The notes under the pieces are model-generated. The model ran no database searches. It was not told the origin of the DNA and saw nothing but the letters and a program-made list of their open reading frames with translations. A DNA stretch of 64,000 nt from NCBI GenBank assembly GCA_047967505.1, contig CM106538.1. One strand, written 5' to 3'. A program made the position numbers and the translations under genes. Of the stretch, positions 1-12,700 are shown in pieces. The stretch's first letter is position 1, and each line of letters starts with the position of its first letter. This DNA comes from Dipteris shenzhenensis (lineage: Eukaryota).

Positions 1-744
1 TTCAAGGGTTAAAATCCTTTTTATGATATCTTTAGAATAACTAGACATGTTTGTAGATTTATGTTAGAATGTACTAAACACAAATCTATTGGCTGGGCAA
101 ATATATGTCAGAATATTGCTTGTGGATTGACCTTCTAAGGTGGCAGCTTCCATAAATATCACTCGGAAAAACTGCAAGATAGAAATATCCCACCCAAAAC
201 AATGGTGTCTTAAAAACATGTTAGAATGTACTAAACACAAATCTATTGGCCTTCTAAGGTGAAGACCTTCCTACTACAAACGTAAAGGGTAGTTTTTTTA
301 TTAATGGTTCTTGCATTTGATTTGAAATTATAGAGACATAGGTCATTGAGCTTGTAAATATCAATTGAAGACTTTGATTATATTAAAAGTGTCGTTGCAA
401 CTTGTAAGATATTGTGATTTGGACTATGATAATATATACGTTCTTTGATTTTGCCTCTGCCCTTGTGTCTTTCAATCCCCCAATAATCCTTGTGATCAAG
501 AAGCATTAAAAGAAATTGTGGGTTAGCTTCCCAGAACATAAATTACGAGAGAATATATCGATTTTCTTTTATTCCTATAGTACAAGTAAAATACATGTGC
601 ACGTGCATGCCTGGTGTGCAAGCATAGGACCAAGCTTGCATGCACTCACACATCCACCCACCCGCATTCTCGCGTGCGTGTGCACATAAGCACGACCATA
701 GAAGAATGTAGCAAAGGGATGCCATGCCGCCTCTCAAGTAAGAG

Positions 745-905
745 ACATTATAATGGGTGTATTGGGTCTTAACACTTACATTGAGACAAGGGAACAATCA
801 TTTAATGTCTCTAACTAAGAATAACAATCATTGTATTGGGTCTTGACATTTACATTGAGACATGTAAATAATTATTTGATATTTCTAAGTAAGAATAATA
901 ATCTT
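745..905. repeat. Degenerate tandem repeat, ~75-bp period
   Basis: TGTATTGGGTCTT(A/G)ACA(C/T)TTACATTGAGACA occurs at ~758 and ~832; CT(C/T)AA(C/G)TAAGA-like motif recurs three times. Confidence 0.6.
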
Positions 906-1549
906 GAAAATATAGAGATGGGAATAGTTTAATAGTAGTGCATGTAAAAAATGACATGAACCGTGCTCCAGCTAACTCTCCAATTGAGTGTGATAACTAC
1001 TAATAAAGAGAACATCTCATTTGCTAGCCACCCAGTTACAAAATCCTTACCTTCCCTTTGAGATCTTCTTCTCTAAATTCTCATGTGCCTCCTTATCTTG
1101 AGGCCTCATTTCCTCTTGAAGCTCTCTTTGGAATTCTCCCACCTAGCCCAACGCTTGCCCACTGGATTCTTTTTAATGGTACCATGTGTCCTTAAAAAAC
1201 CATGAAAAATGAGCCAAAATACATATAAAGAGAGCTAAAGTGTGGGATACTTCTACTCTTACATGAACAAGCACGTAGACTCTCTATCACCAAATTGAAT
1301 TGAGGAGCCAACTTGTTGTCATTGTCTCTCCCAAGTCCAAGTTTCGAAGGTGTTCGTCACCTATAGTCGTGTTGTTGCTTGTTGTCCCATAGGTGTTCAC
1401 AAGTGTAGCATAGGTTCACAAGTGTAGCATAGGTCCTTGATTCGTATTCTGGTGAGAGGTGTAAGCTAAAGCATCGAAAGTAGCTCTCATATGCGCATGG
1501 GTGAGAAAGAGGGCTTGATCACAACGATGGATGAAGGCTCTCACCTCCA

Positions 1550-1882
1550 CAGGAGTTCAAGGGTTTAGAAGGGGGTTGCAAGGTTCAGAAGGGGGATAGG
1601 GTTAAGAGAGCTATCTAAGAGTTCCAGGTTTCAGAGAGGGTTGCAAGGTTTAAGAGAAGTCCAAGGTTGAAAGGTGGAGAGCTTTCCTATGTGACTTGAA
1701 GGGGTAAGGGTTACGGAGGAGGGACAAGGGAGAAGAGCCCCTCCACTTTTTGGGGAGACCTCTTGCGTTTCTACACAAAGTGGGGAATCTCATGAGTCCC
1801 TACGCAAAGTGAGGGAACCTCTTGAGTCCCTATACGAATTGGGGGGACCTTTTGAGTCACTCCACAAAGTGGGAGGACCTAA
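1550..1882. repeat. Two short degenerate tandem arrays (AAGG(G)TT(T/C)AGA units, then ~31-bp CTAC(A/G)CAAAGTGGGGGA units)
   Basis: Repeated units visible at 1558-1672 and 1740-1882; probably a retroelement UTR (inference). Confidence 0.55.
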
Positions 1883-2104
1883 AAAAGTGTATGCTTTTAG
1901 TTGTTCTCTTTCTAGTTTAAGTATTTCTCTCTCTAGGTCTTGATTTTGAGAGTATGATTGGATCTCTTCTAGAGAGGATTTTAGCTATCCTCATCCTTTA
2001 AGTTTCATCATATCATCTTTCAGGCTCAAGATATTACAAGCGAAGCTTTGTTGCTACTCTAGGCACACAATGATCTCATCGTCATTGCTCTAGACTGCAC
2101 TTCT

Positions 2105-2254
2105 GGTTAACAACTCCCCCGGACCGATTTGATTACCCATCCTCGAATTATGGTTCAGTCTGCAAATGATGTTGTCAACATAAGGTTAACAACTCCCCCG
2201 GACCGATTTGATTACCCATCCTCGAATTATGGTTGAGTCTGCAAATGATGTTGT
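2105..2254. repeat. Tandem duplication, 79-bp period
   Basis: GGTTAACAACTCCCCCGGACCGATTTGATTACCCATCCTCGAATTATGG at 2105 and 2184. Confidence 0.95.
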
Positions 2255-2301
2255 GCCGCGATAGTTTTTACCCAATGAGTATGGTAAAGATGGCATCGGT
2301 G

Positions 2302-2932
2302 TGTTAGAGACTCACTGTTCCCACCTGTGAGCCCCGTTTTGTGGGGACAAGGGGCAGTGAGAGTAAGGAGGGATGGGAAAGAGAGACTCAGCAAACAGCA
2401 GAGATTTGGGGGGGGCTCCATGCCTTCCTAGATGCATGGACTGGCTGCACAGGGCACCCTTTTATAGGGGCCTGTGGCAGGGCCAGTTGGCCCAACCAGG
2501 GCCACCGACCAGGGCCGACCCCTGGTCGGTTTTCCACACTGATCTGGTCGGTCCCCAGTCAGGGGACCAACCCTGCTGGTCGGCCATACCAACAGGCCTG
2601 GGCAGTGCCTATAAAAGGCCCACACTTCCCTTCATTTTGGCATCCAGTGCAGGACAGAAAGCCTCTGTTTTAGGCTGTGCTGTGCACTCAGATTTGGCAT
2701 CTTCTGATAGAGAGAGTTCCTTCAGTTTGTCTCAGCACTTGGCTGAGTTTTGTATTGCTCCCCTGGAGCCAGTTTTCTGCCCACCATCCGGTGGATGAAT
2801 ATATTCTCTCTCTGTCTAAGTTTTCTCTGAGTGAGTATTGTATCTGTGATCAGTTATTTGAGTTGAGTGTTGCTAGAGCGGGAGAGGTCTTGGCTGGAGG
2901 TTAGAGTGACTCTTTCCTTCTGTTTTCTAACA
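2302..2932 (+). repeat. 5' LTR of copia element (631 bp)
   Basis: TG...CA ends, 7-bp terminal inverted repeat, TATAAAA at ~2610, direct repeat of 5940-6563. Confidence 0.97.
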
Positions 2933-3097
2933 TGGTATCAGAGCCATAGGCTCTCGACTCTTCCTCATCAATAACACTCTCTGAAGGAAGGAGTTCCTTG
3001 GCTGTAAGGCAACTCTGTTTTTCAGCTCAGTTCAGTACAGAAGGTCAGTTCATTTATTTCTGTTTCAGTTTTTCAAGTTCTGTAGCTATTCACCGAG

Positions 3098-5926
3098 ATG
3101 GATCAGCGATCAGAAGCCTCTACATCCATTGCTCGTCCTTCCTCCTTCTCCAGTCATCTTCCTTCTTCATTTATCCCTAATTTCGGTGAAGCTGGAAAGC
3201 TTGATGGTACAAACTTTCCAATCTGGAAAGTCAAGATCCGAAGCCATCTGTTGGCACGGAGGTTGTGGAAGATTGTCAATGGGACCGAAGAAAACCTGGA
3301 GGATATTGTGGACAAGAGAGGTGAAGTTCTAGCTGAAGCAGATGCAGATGAACTCTGTGCATGGGAGGAGAGGGATGCTCAGGCCTTAGCAATGCTTATA
3401 GGCATGACAGCAGATTCTGTGATTCCTCATATCCAGTTGGCAGAAACTTCTTCAGAGACGTGGACCATACTGAAGGAGCTATATGAAACCGATAATACAG
3501 CTCGTATCATCACACTGCAGCATCAGCTTTATAACCTTGATATGAATGAGGGTGATAGTGTTCATGATCATCTGACGAAGGTGAAAGTTGTGCGGGACCA
3601 GCTCGCAGCGGTTGGTCAGAAGGTGGACTCGAGTCAATTAGCATTACTCACACTCCACAAGTTGCCACGGAGTTTCAAAAGTTTTGTGACTACGGTCACT
3701 GCGGGTCAACGGACAAAGCCAATCAACTTTGAGGAGCTTTGTCCACTCCTACTTCAGGAGGAGGCCCGAGAGAAACTCTTTACGCAAACCGACGAAAAGG
3801 CATTGGTTGCCGAAGACAAGCCTGGCAAAGGCAAGTCAAAGGATTCCAAGAAATCAGAGGACACTGAACGTAAGAAGAAAATGAAGTGCTTTTACTGTGA
3901 AAAGCTTGGCTACTCCGCCAAAGAATGCCGGAAGAAGAAGGCGGATCAAAAGCGGAAAAGAGAAGCCAAAAACAAAGAAGAGCCTAAGAGTGATTCTGCC
4001 AATGTGACAACTAGACAGTTATTCTTACTCAGTGAACATTGTTCAGCTTATGCAGTTAGTGAAGGTAAAGAGGGTTGGTATGTTGACAGCGGTGCTTCTA
4101 AGCACATGTCCAACAGAAGGACGTGATTCAAAACCATGGACAGTACACACCCGGATTCCAAAGTTTCTGTTGGGGATAGCCAGACATGTCCTGTGAAGGG
4201 CATAGGTAGCATTCCTTTCATTACCACGGTGGGTGAGGAGAAGGATATCTCTGGAGTACTTTATGTACCCGACCTTTGCAAGAATTTACTATCTGTAAGT
4301 TAGATGGACAAGAATAACGTGGCAGTTCTTTTTCAAGATGGCAAGGTTACCGTGACATCCAAAGGGAGTGGGCAAGTGGTGGCACAGGGTGTTGAAGAGA
4401 ATGGACTGTACCATCTCAGTGCAATGTTGGTTCATGATGATCACAGAAAGTCCAACTTTGGCATGAGCGCTTCGGTCACGTCAGCTATGGAATCTTGGTT
4501 GAAATGTCAAAGTCGAAGATGGTGGATGGACTTCCACCAATTACAGGCAAGGATGATGTCTGTAGGGCTTGTCTTGAAGGCAAGCAGCACAGGGATAAGT
4601 TCTCGTTTCGGGCCAGCAAACCACTTGAGTTGGTTCACGCCGACATTTGTGGTCCAATGTCTACTGCATCATAGGCAGGATCTAGGTATTCACTTCTCTT
4701 TGTGGATGATTTCAGTAGAATGACTTGGGTATACTGTTTGGCTAAAAAGTCTCAGGCTTTTGAGAAATTCAAAGACTGGAAGGCTAGAGTTGAAAAAGAG
4801 ACAAGGGAAGATGTCAAGACATTTCGCACAGACAGGGGGGGAGAATTCACCTCAAGTGAGTCTAATACATTTTGTCGCAAGCATGGGATCAAGCGACAAC
4901 TCACCACGACACATACTTCTCAGCAAAACGGGGTAGCTGAGAGAAAGCATAGAACCACCACCGAGACAGGGCTTGCTATGCTCCGAGGGAGAAATCTTTC
5001 TAAAGCCTATTGGAGTGAAGCTATCAATACAGCGGTACACATTCTCAACCGGACCAAGACGAAGGCCGTCAAGGACAAGACTCCATATGAGGCATTTTAT
5101 GAACCTGAACCCCAGGAGGAGCCTCAGATTGAGGAGGAGATTGTTCAACCCCCGATCCCACCCCGTCCCAGATTGACCATTCAAGAGGTTACCCAATCAA
5201 AAGCTGATATTCCACCCGATACTCAGGAAGAGCAAGATGTTCCAGCAGAAGTTCCCGTTCCTCCTCCCACAAAGAAGCAGAAAAAGTTGCCCCAATGGTA
5301 CCTCCGGACATTGGAAGAGTCTCGTGTTACCTCATTACCTGAGAGTAGCAGTTCTGAATTGCGTCGGTCTCAACGTCTTCAAAAGACCCCATCCGTGAAT
5401 GTTGCGTTGGTGGCTCAGATTGTTGAGCCAAGAACCTTCGCGGAGGCGAAAGACAATCCCGAATGGCAGGCTGCCAGATTGGGCAGGTGATGTGGACACC
5501 AGAAGGTCGACGACAGGATATTGTTTCTTACTTGTATCTGGAGCCATCTCTTGGCTAAGTAAGAAGCAACCCACAGTGTCCCTTTCATCTACAGAGGCAG
5601 AGTACAGAGCCGCGTGTACAGCCGCTTGTGAGACATTGTAATTGAGGTGGATTCTGGAGGACATGGATGTGTGTCAGGAGAATGCGATAGTGCTGATGTG
5701 CGACAATCAGAGTTGCATAGCTATTGCCAAGAATCCAGTGTACCATGCACGGACCAAACACATCGAAGTTCATTACCATTTTGTTCGAGAGCTCATCATT
5801 GACGACGTGATCGAGCTTATCTACTGCTCGACCGCCGACAATTTGTCCGACCTTTTCACGAAGGCACTCCCTCGAGAACAGATGGAGCACCTCATCAAAC
5901 GCATGGGGATTGGCCCACAGTTGTGA
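3098..5926 (+). pseudogene. Copia gag-pol polyprotein pseudogene
   Basis: gag KLDGTNFPIWK and UBN2-like region, zinc knuckle CFYCEKLGYSAKEC, protease WYVDSGASKHM, integrase DDFSR/RTDRGGEF/QQNGVAERK, RNase [30 protein letters not shown]; stops at 4124, 4301, 5639 plus frameshifts. Confidence 0.95.
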
Positions 5927-5939
5927 CATTGAGGGGGGG

Positions 5940-6563
5940 TGTTAGAGACTCACTGTTCCCACCTGTGAGCCCCCGTTTTGTGGGGACAAGGGGCAGTGAG
6001 AGTAAGGAGGGATGGGAAAGAGAGACTCAGCAAACAGCAGAGATTTGGGGGGGGCTCCATGCCTTCCTAGATGCATGGACTGGCTGCACAGGGCACCCTT
6101 TTATAGGGGCCTGTAGTAGGGCCAGTCGGCCCAACCAGGGCCACCGACTAGGGCCGACCCTGGTCGGTTTTCCAGACTGATTTGGTGGGTCCCCAGTCAG
6201 GGGACCGACCCTGCTGGTCGGCCATACCAACAGGCTCGGGCAGTGCCTATAAAAGGCCCACACTTCCCTTCATTTTGGCATCCACTGCAGGACAGAAAGC
6301 CTCTGTTTTAGGCTGTGCTGTGCACTCAGATTTGGCATCTTCTGACAGAGAGAGTTCCTTCAGTTTGTCTCAGCACTTGGCTGAGTTTTGTATTGCTCCC
6401 CTGGAGCCAGTTTTCTGCCCACCATCCGGTGAATGAATATAATCTCTCTCTATCTAAGTTTTCTCTGAGTGAGTATTGTATCTGTGATCAGTTATCTGAG
6501 TTGAGTGTTGCTAGAGCGGGAGAGGTCTTGGCTGGAGGTTAGAGTGATTCTTTCCTTCTGTTT
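5940..6563 (+). repeat. 3' LTR of copia element, missing its last ~8 nt
   Basis: Matches 2302-2924; ends at CCTTCTGTTT without terminal TCTAACA. Confidence 0.95.
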
Positions 6564-7130
6564 GATTACCCATCCTCGGATTATGGTTGAGTCTGCAAAT
6601 GATGTTGTCAACATAAGGTTAACAACTCCCCCGGACCGATTTGATTACCCATCCTTGAATTATGGTTGAGTCTACAAATGATGTTGTGCCGCAATAGTTT
6701 TTACCCAATGAGTATGGTAAAGATGGCATCGGTGATAGATGGATTGAGCTTGTTGTCGATATTTTCCTTGTAATCCACGAGCACGGTAGATTGTCTGCTC
6801 AGTTTTATGAAGCCAGTATCAACCATTTCTTCAAACAACCACATATACTCCCCTTCAAGAGATATGGCTCTTTAAAAGAGGTGACTGGTTGTTGAAGCAT
6901 CTATCTGTTGATTTGGTTTGAAACTTAGCGTGGGTAGATGGTCATCAATGGTGAGGGACGCCTCCAGGATTAGTGCTAAAGCTTCATTGTATTTGGCACT
7001 TGAGTGTTTTATCATAACTACCTCGCAGCTCTGATGCATGTTTGTCCAAGGCTCTAATGAGTGTTTCTTGGCTTGTCCATTTGACCTTGGAGTATCTATT
7101 GATTAGGGGCCAATTGCAAGGAGCATCTTC

Positions 7131-7815
7131 TGTTAAATTACACGGCATAGTGGAACAGAATTTGAACAAAGAATAGAGAGTATATAGCAAACTAGAGACG
7201 AATAAAATTTTCCTTCAATACTGATGTAGTACAGATGATGGCTTCGTCCACCCGTGCACTCCCACAGTGGAGCTTAGATGGCGATCTAGACAGATACTAG
7301 GTGAAGAGCTACTAGTTGGAAGATTTTATCTGATCTGATTGATCTGATACAATGGACTAGCGAGGTCACCTCTTTATAGCTATGAGAGTGGTAGTCGGAT
7401 CAACGTAGTCGATGGAACTGACCAGTCAACCTAGTCGGTGGAGACGACTAGTAGTCGGTGGAACCGACTAGTCGTCCATGGAATATTCAGGGAATATTTC
7501 CTATACCGTCGCCTCGGGGGCTCTCACCCCTGAACCCCCACCAGGGGGGCTACTGGGACCCCCTAGCTACGGCCCCAGCTAGGGGGGCCAGTTGGCCCCC
7601 AGACCCCAGTGAGAGCAAGGGGCTCCCACACAATCAAGACAATGTGCCTCGTTGTGCTACTAGCTTACCTACCCTGCTAGCCCATGGGCTAGACTCACAT
7701 AGATCACCTTTCTACCATCAGCGGTCTCATTGATAGACCTCATCTGACATGCAAGTCAAGATCGATCTAGTGTTCTGGGCTCACACATGGCTTCTCCTCC
7801 TATGGGGGCCTTACA
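7131..7815 (-). mobile_element. Probable solo or truncated LTR
   Basis: TG...CA bounded; blocks homologous to the LTR at ~60690-61300 (GATGGC..CCGTGC.CTCC; TATAGCTA..GTAGTCGG; CTTCTCCTC.TATGGGGG.CTTACA); no clean TSD. Confidence 0.6.
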
Positions 7816-9763
7816 ACTTAAGCACCTTGGACCATTGGTGGATACCAAGAAGGTGGGGCATTGAGCATATCTAACATCTTCCATTTTTGGATCATGCTGA
7901 TTGGCATCCCATTGGTAGCGACGGGGTACCGCAGAGCAAATGTGGGATGCGTTCCAAAGGAAGTTGGAGCTTGTAAATACTCAAGGAGGTACTTTTCTTT
8001 GAGCAATTTCAATCTATGCCAAGTAGGTTGTGGCTCCAATTTGCCGCTTACTTGGAGTGATTTGCACTTGGCGAATGTGAATGGGAATTTTGGAGAGATT
8101 TCATTCTCCTCTTGACTGCATATCTGTTGCAATTCCAATTTGAAAATTATTGCCTTTTGATTTTGTAGCTCAAGCAAGCTTTACACTATTTAATTGTTGA
8201 GCTGCTTTTGGTTATCTTGGAAATTGATCATTAAGCATGCAGAGTTAGAGTATCTCATGTTCTTGAGTATCTAGTTCTTTTTTGGCATTCACAAGTGTCT
8301 CCCTTTGATGCCTTTCATTCCTCTCTACTGCTTGAATTTGATGTTTACCTTCTTTGAGGCTTTTTCACAACTCATTGTTTATGTCTATTGTGGCATTGAT
8401 GTGATCATGTTTAAGTAGCAAGATTTCATTTAAGTGCACCATTATTATTTTTAGATCATCACAAGAGACTTGTATTTGGGAGAGGGATAGCTCAACCTCT
8501 TCCTTTCTGCTCAAGGCATCATATAGCTGTAGGTGTTTTTCTTAGAGAAAAACAGTAGCTTGTAATGCATCCTTCCTACTTTTTGCTAGAGCATTTTGTA
8601 CAAGGAGCTGTTGTTGCATCTGCTCTACCATGCTTTCCTTGAGCCTATGAATTTCTGTCTCTGCACTTTGCAACTTGGTTCAGAGTGATGGGATCATCTG
8701 TCTTTCCATTTCTCATTGCTGCTCATCTGATGCCATGCAAGCCACACATGATCCCTAACAATAGTACCTTGTTGGTGGACTCGGCTTGTCCATTTCCTTG
8801 GGGATAGTAGGTGTGTTTTTTCTATGGATAACCATAAAGCCATACAAAAGTTCTTGGATTATTGATAAAATGTGTGCCTCTATCTAACACAATTTCAATG
8901 GGGCATCCAAATTATGTAATCACATTTCCATACAAGAACTTTGTTGTGCTTCTGGCATCTACTTTTGTTACTACTTTAGCTTTAGCCCACTTTGTGAAGT
9001 AGTTCATGGCCACAATGGTGTAGTGTGCTTGTGTTCCTTTTGCGGCTGGATGTATGGATCCCATGAATACTTGGACACCCTTAGCATTTTGTGTGTGTGG
9101 GGGGGGGGAGCTCCATGATGATCTTGATTTTGTCCATGTCGGTAGAAACCCCTTTTCAATAGACTATGTGTCTACTCCATGTGTGACTAGGAATTGACAT
9201 TTGATAGGGTTTAAGGAGATTCCATACGCCCATCATTTCTTCAGTACATCTTCAAGGCATTTCAAGTGATCCTTTTTGCTTGAGTGTATGCACAAGTCAT
9301 CTTGTAGGAATTTGCTGAGAAATTCCTTGAAGGCGGTGTACATGACCCTTTGAAAAGTGGATGGGGGGTTGCGTAAGCAGTTGATTAAGCTGGCTAGAGT
9401 GGCTCCATTCAGTTGGGGGTGAGTTGCATGTAGATCCTTTACTCTTGGGTTGGTGGTGGCTTCAATCACTGTGTCGATGCTATGCGGTGTTGGTTCATTG
9501 TCCTTGGTTTTGTCTCTTTGGTCTACCTCAAATTTTTCTTGTTACCCATTTCTTCAAGGTTTGATACCAAGATTTCTCCACTTTGGCATTAGGCTAGACT
9601 TCCTTTACTTGTTGAAGGGCATTGGGGGTAGATATACTTGACGTTGTGGCACTTTGTTCTGGGATTGGCAAGGATTTTGTGGCCTTTGGGCCTTTTTCTT
9701 TCTGAGCAAAAATTAATTTTTTTCGTGCTGCTTCCTTCTGCTTCTAAGATTCATACTGGTTGG

Positions 9764-12700
9764 TGTTAGAACAAATTGATGAAGGTATACCTATGTTTGT
9801 GTGTGTGTGCTTGTGTGTCCATGTGTGTGACCACCTGTGTGGTTAGTGTGCCTATAGTAGGTGTGATTGATGATGTGTCAATCAGTAGGTGTGAGTGTGG
9901 AAGGTTTTAGTGGATGATTGAGAGATTCATGGAGAGATCAGTGGAGTGATTTGTGGATCTAGGATGCTCTCTCTTGAGCTCACATACAATGTATCACTGG
10001 CCTATATATTGGAACTTCCTCTCATGAATAAAGTACTCTTTCTCCTTCATTGTCGATCTCATCATGAATTCTTTTCAGTTCCTTCATTTGGTATCAGAGC
10101 CATGTCCTCCTTGAGCTCCTAGCCTTCATTTTTTGCCATGTCATTACTCCTACCACCTCCTTTCTCCTTATTCACTAGCTTGCCCTCTTCTCATCCCAAA
10201 TTTCAAGAGCGTGTTCTCCCTCTACATGCAACTATTTCCCAAAAACTTTGAGTTGTAAAACCACCTTTCAAGGGCACACTCCCACCTCAAAGCATTTTGC
10301 AAGATTTTGCCCCTGCTGCCCGTGCCGATAGCTTCTTCACTTGGCCACTTTCTACAGAATTCTGCCTGTAGACTCAACCATTTGCAAAACCCTCTTAGGG
10401 GATGCTAGATGACATGATGAGCTAGGTGCTCACAAATTTTGAGTGCATTTGGTCCACAAAAGAAGGAGAAAAGGTAGAAAACCCAGTCGGAACTAGCAAC
10501 ACTTCCACAGACAATGCCGCATGAAAATGCACCTCTTCTTCATGCTGGACACTCTCCATAGTAAGGGATTCCATTCCACCAGAAAGCCCTTTGTTTGCTA
10601 CTCTAGAAGTCTTCAATTGAGGCCTCCAACTTCAAACTGTTTAGTTTGGGGAAAATAGTAAAATATATGGTCAAAGTTTAAAATTCTGAAGGGGCAAGGT
10701 GGTCAAAAGTTTCCTTGTTCATCATTTTTCACTTTTGCTTTTGGTCATTTGCTCATATAATGTCTTCTAGCATCGATTCAAGATTGATCTTTGGGTTGCT
10801 GTCCAGTTTGACTATGCTTGACTATGTCTACGTTTGGATGATGAGCTTCATTGACAACAATGATGTAGCCTATTTGATGCTTGAAGGTGACTCAGTGATG
10901 AATGTAGTTTCTATCATGATAGTTGAAGGCTAATTGCACTTGGATGGTCATATTTTGCCTTACATTCATGTATTGCCTTATGAGTTATATGAGCCTTATG
11001 TTTGTACAAGAGTAGACACTGCCCTTGCAATGATAAGTGGTAAGACCCTCTTCATATTCAATCTATTTGAAGGCATATGGGATGCATGAAAGATCAAAGA
11101 GCAAAGGAGTTACAAGATTGGCTACACCAAGAACCTCTCCAATGACAATGAACCTCACACTATGGTAGCTTGGAAGAGAAGAAGGAAAAGGACACGACAT
11201 ACCATCAAAGGGGGGTATTTCCCCACATCTTCAATTTAGAATTTTTGTGTGTGTGATCAATAAGGGTTCTATACCTTGGGATGTCCCCCTGAAAATATTG
11301 TATTGGGTTTTGTAAGGGTTGCTAGTCATTTTGTCAAGAAACCTCCAAGAGAGATTGTAAACTAGGGACGAAAATTGGAGTGAGATCATGTTGGAGCTAG
11401 GGTGTCCAAATGAGTCTACTCCCAATGCAACTTAGAGTGAGTCTAGGTCGGGATCATGTGTGTTGCCACCAGAGGTGGGCAAGCCATGCCATTTCCCATA
11501 GACTACTGCTAGGACTCAAGGTCATCAATTTGTGGGGGGTTGTTAGAACAAATGGATGAAAGTATACCTATGTTTGTGTGTGTGTGCTTGTGTGTCCATG
11601 TGTGTGACCACCTGTGTGGTGAGTGTGCCTATAGTAGGTGTGATTGATGATGTGTCAATCAATAGGTGTGAGTGTGGAAGGTTGTAGCGGATGATTGAGA
11701 GATTCATGGAGAGATCAGTGGAGTGATTTGTGGATCTAGGATGCTCTCTTTTGAACTCACATACAATGCATCACTGGCCTATATATTGGAACTTCCTCTC
11801 ATGAATAAAGTACTGTTTCTCCTTCATTGTTGATCTCATCATGACTTCTTTTCAATTCCTTCATTGGGTATCAAAGCCATGTCCTCCTTGAGCTCCTGGC
11901 CTTCATTTTTTGCCATGTCATCACTCCTACCACCTCCTTTCTCCTTATTCACTAGCTTGCCCTCTTCTCATCCAAAATTGCAAGAGCTTGTTCTCCCTTT
12001 GCATGCAACTATTCCCCAAACACTTTGAGCTATAAAACCACCTTTTGAGGGTGCACTCTGACCTCAAAGAATTTTGCAAGATTTCGCCCCTACTGCCCGT
12101 GCTGATAGCTTCTTCACTTGGACACTTTCTATAAAATTCTACCTATAGTCTCAACCATTTGCAAAACCCTCTGAGGGGATGCTGGATGACATGATGACGT
12201 AGCTGTTGATGAAGTTTGAGTGCATTTGGTCCATAGAAGAAGGAGAAAAGGTAGAAAAACCAATCAAAATTAGCAACACTCCCACAGACAATGCCGCATG
12301 AAAATGCACCTCTTCTTCATGTTGGACACTCTCCACAGTAAGGGATTTTATTACACCACAAAGCCCTTTGTTTGCTGCTCTAGAAGTCTTTAATTGAGGC
12401 CTCCAACTTCAAACTGTTCAGTTTTGAGAAAACAGTCAAATATATGGTCAAAGTTCAAAATCTTAAAGGGGCAAGGTGGTCAAAAGTTTCCTTGTTCATC
12501 ATTTTTCACTTTTGCTTTTGGTCATCTACTCATATAATGTCTTCTAGCATCGATTCAAGATTGATCTTTGGGTTGCTGTCAAGTTTGACTATGTTTGACT
12601 ATGTCTATGTTTGGATGATGAGCTTTATTGACAACAATGATGTAGCCTATTTGATGCTTGAAGGTGACTCAGTGATGAATGTAGTTTCTATCATGATAGT

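Larger units (their letters stand above)
2302..6563 (+). mobile_element. Ty1/copia LTR retrotransposon, internally deleted (no RT)
   Basis: 5' LTR 2302-2932 (TGTTAGA...TCTAACA), PBS TGGTATCAGAGC 2933-2944, gag-PR-IN-RNaseH order, PPT GAGGGGGGG 5931-5939, 3' LTR 5940-6563; LTRs differ at roughly 3% of positions by eye. Confidence 0.97.

Noticed and set aside
37-260. Repeat ATGTTAGAATGTACTAAACACAAATCTATTGGC at 61 and 218 as a possible element terminus
   Set aside because: Simple local duplication with deletion; no PBS, PPT, TIR or TSD support
2227-2904. ORFs of 64-141 aa repeated at 5923-6542
   Set aside because: They lie within the GC-rich LTRs; repetition reflects the LTR duplication and frames differ between copies
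2933-2944. tRNA gene at TGGTATCAGAGC sites
   Set aside because: Only the 12-13-nt complement of the tRNA-iMet 3' end, i.e. primer-binding sites; no cloverleaf
7818-8740. Host coiled-coil gene on the minus strand
   Set aside because: Multiple stops and position directly downstream of a gypsy integrase fragment suggest a decayed retroelement accessory ORF
10715-10933. Hydrophobic 72-88 aa ORF conserved in both tandem units
   Set aside because: Falls in the near-identical tract, so conservation is uninformative; not shared with the sister elements
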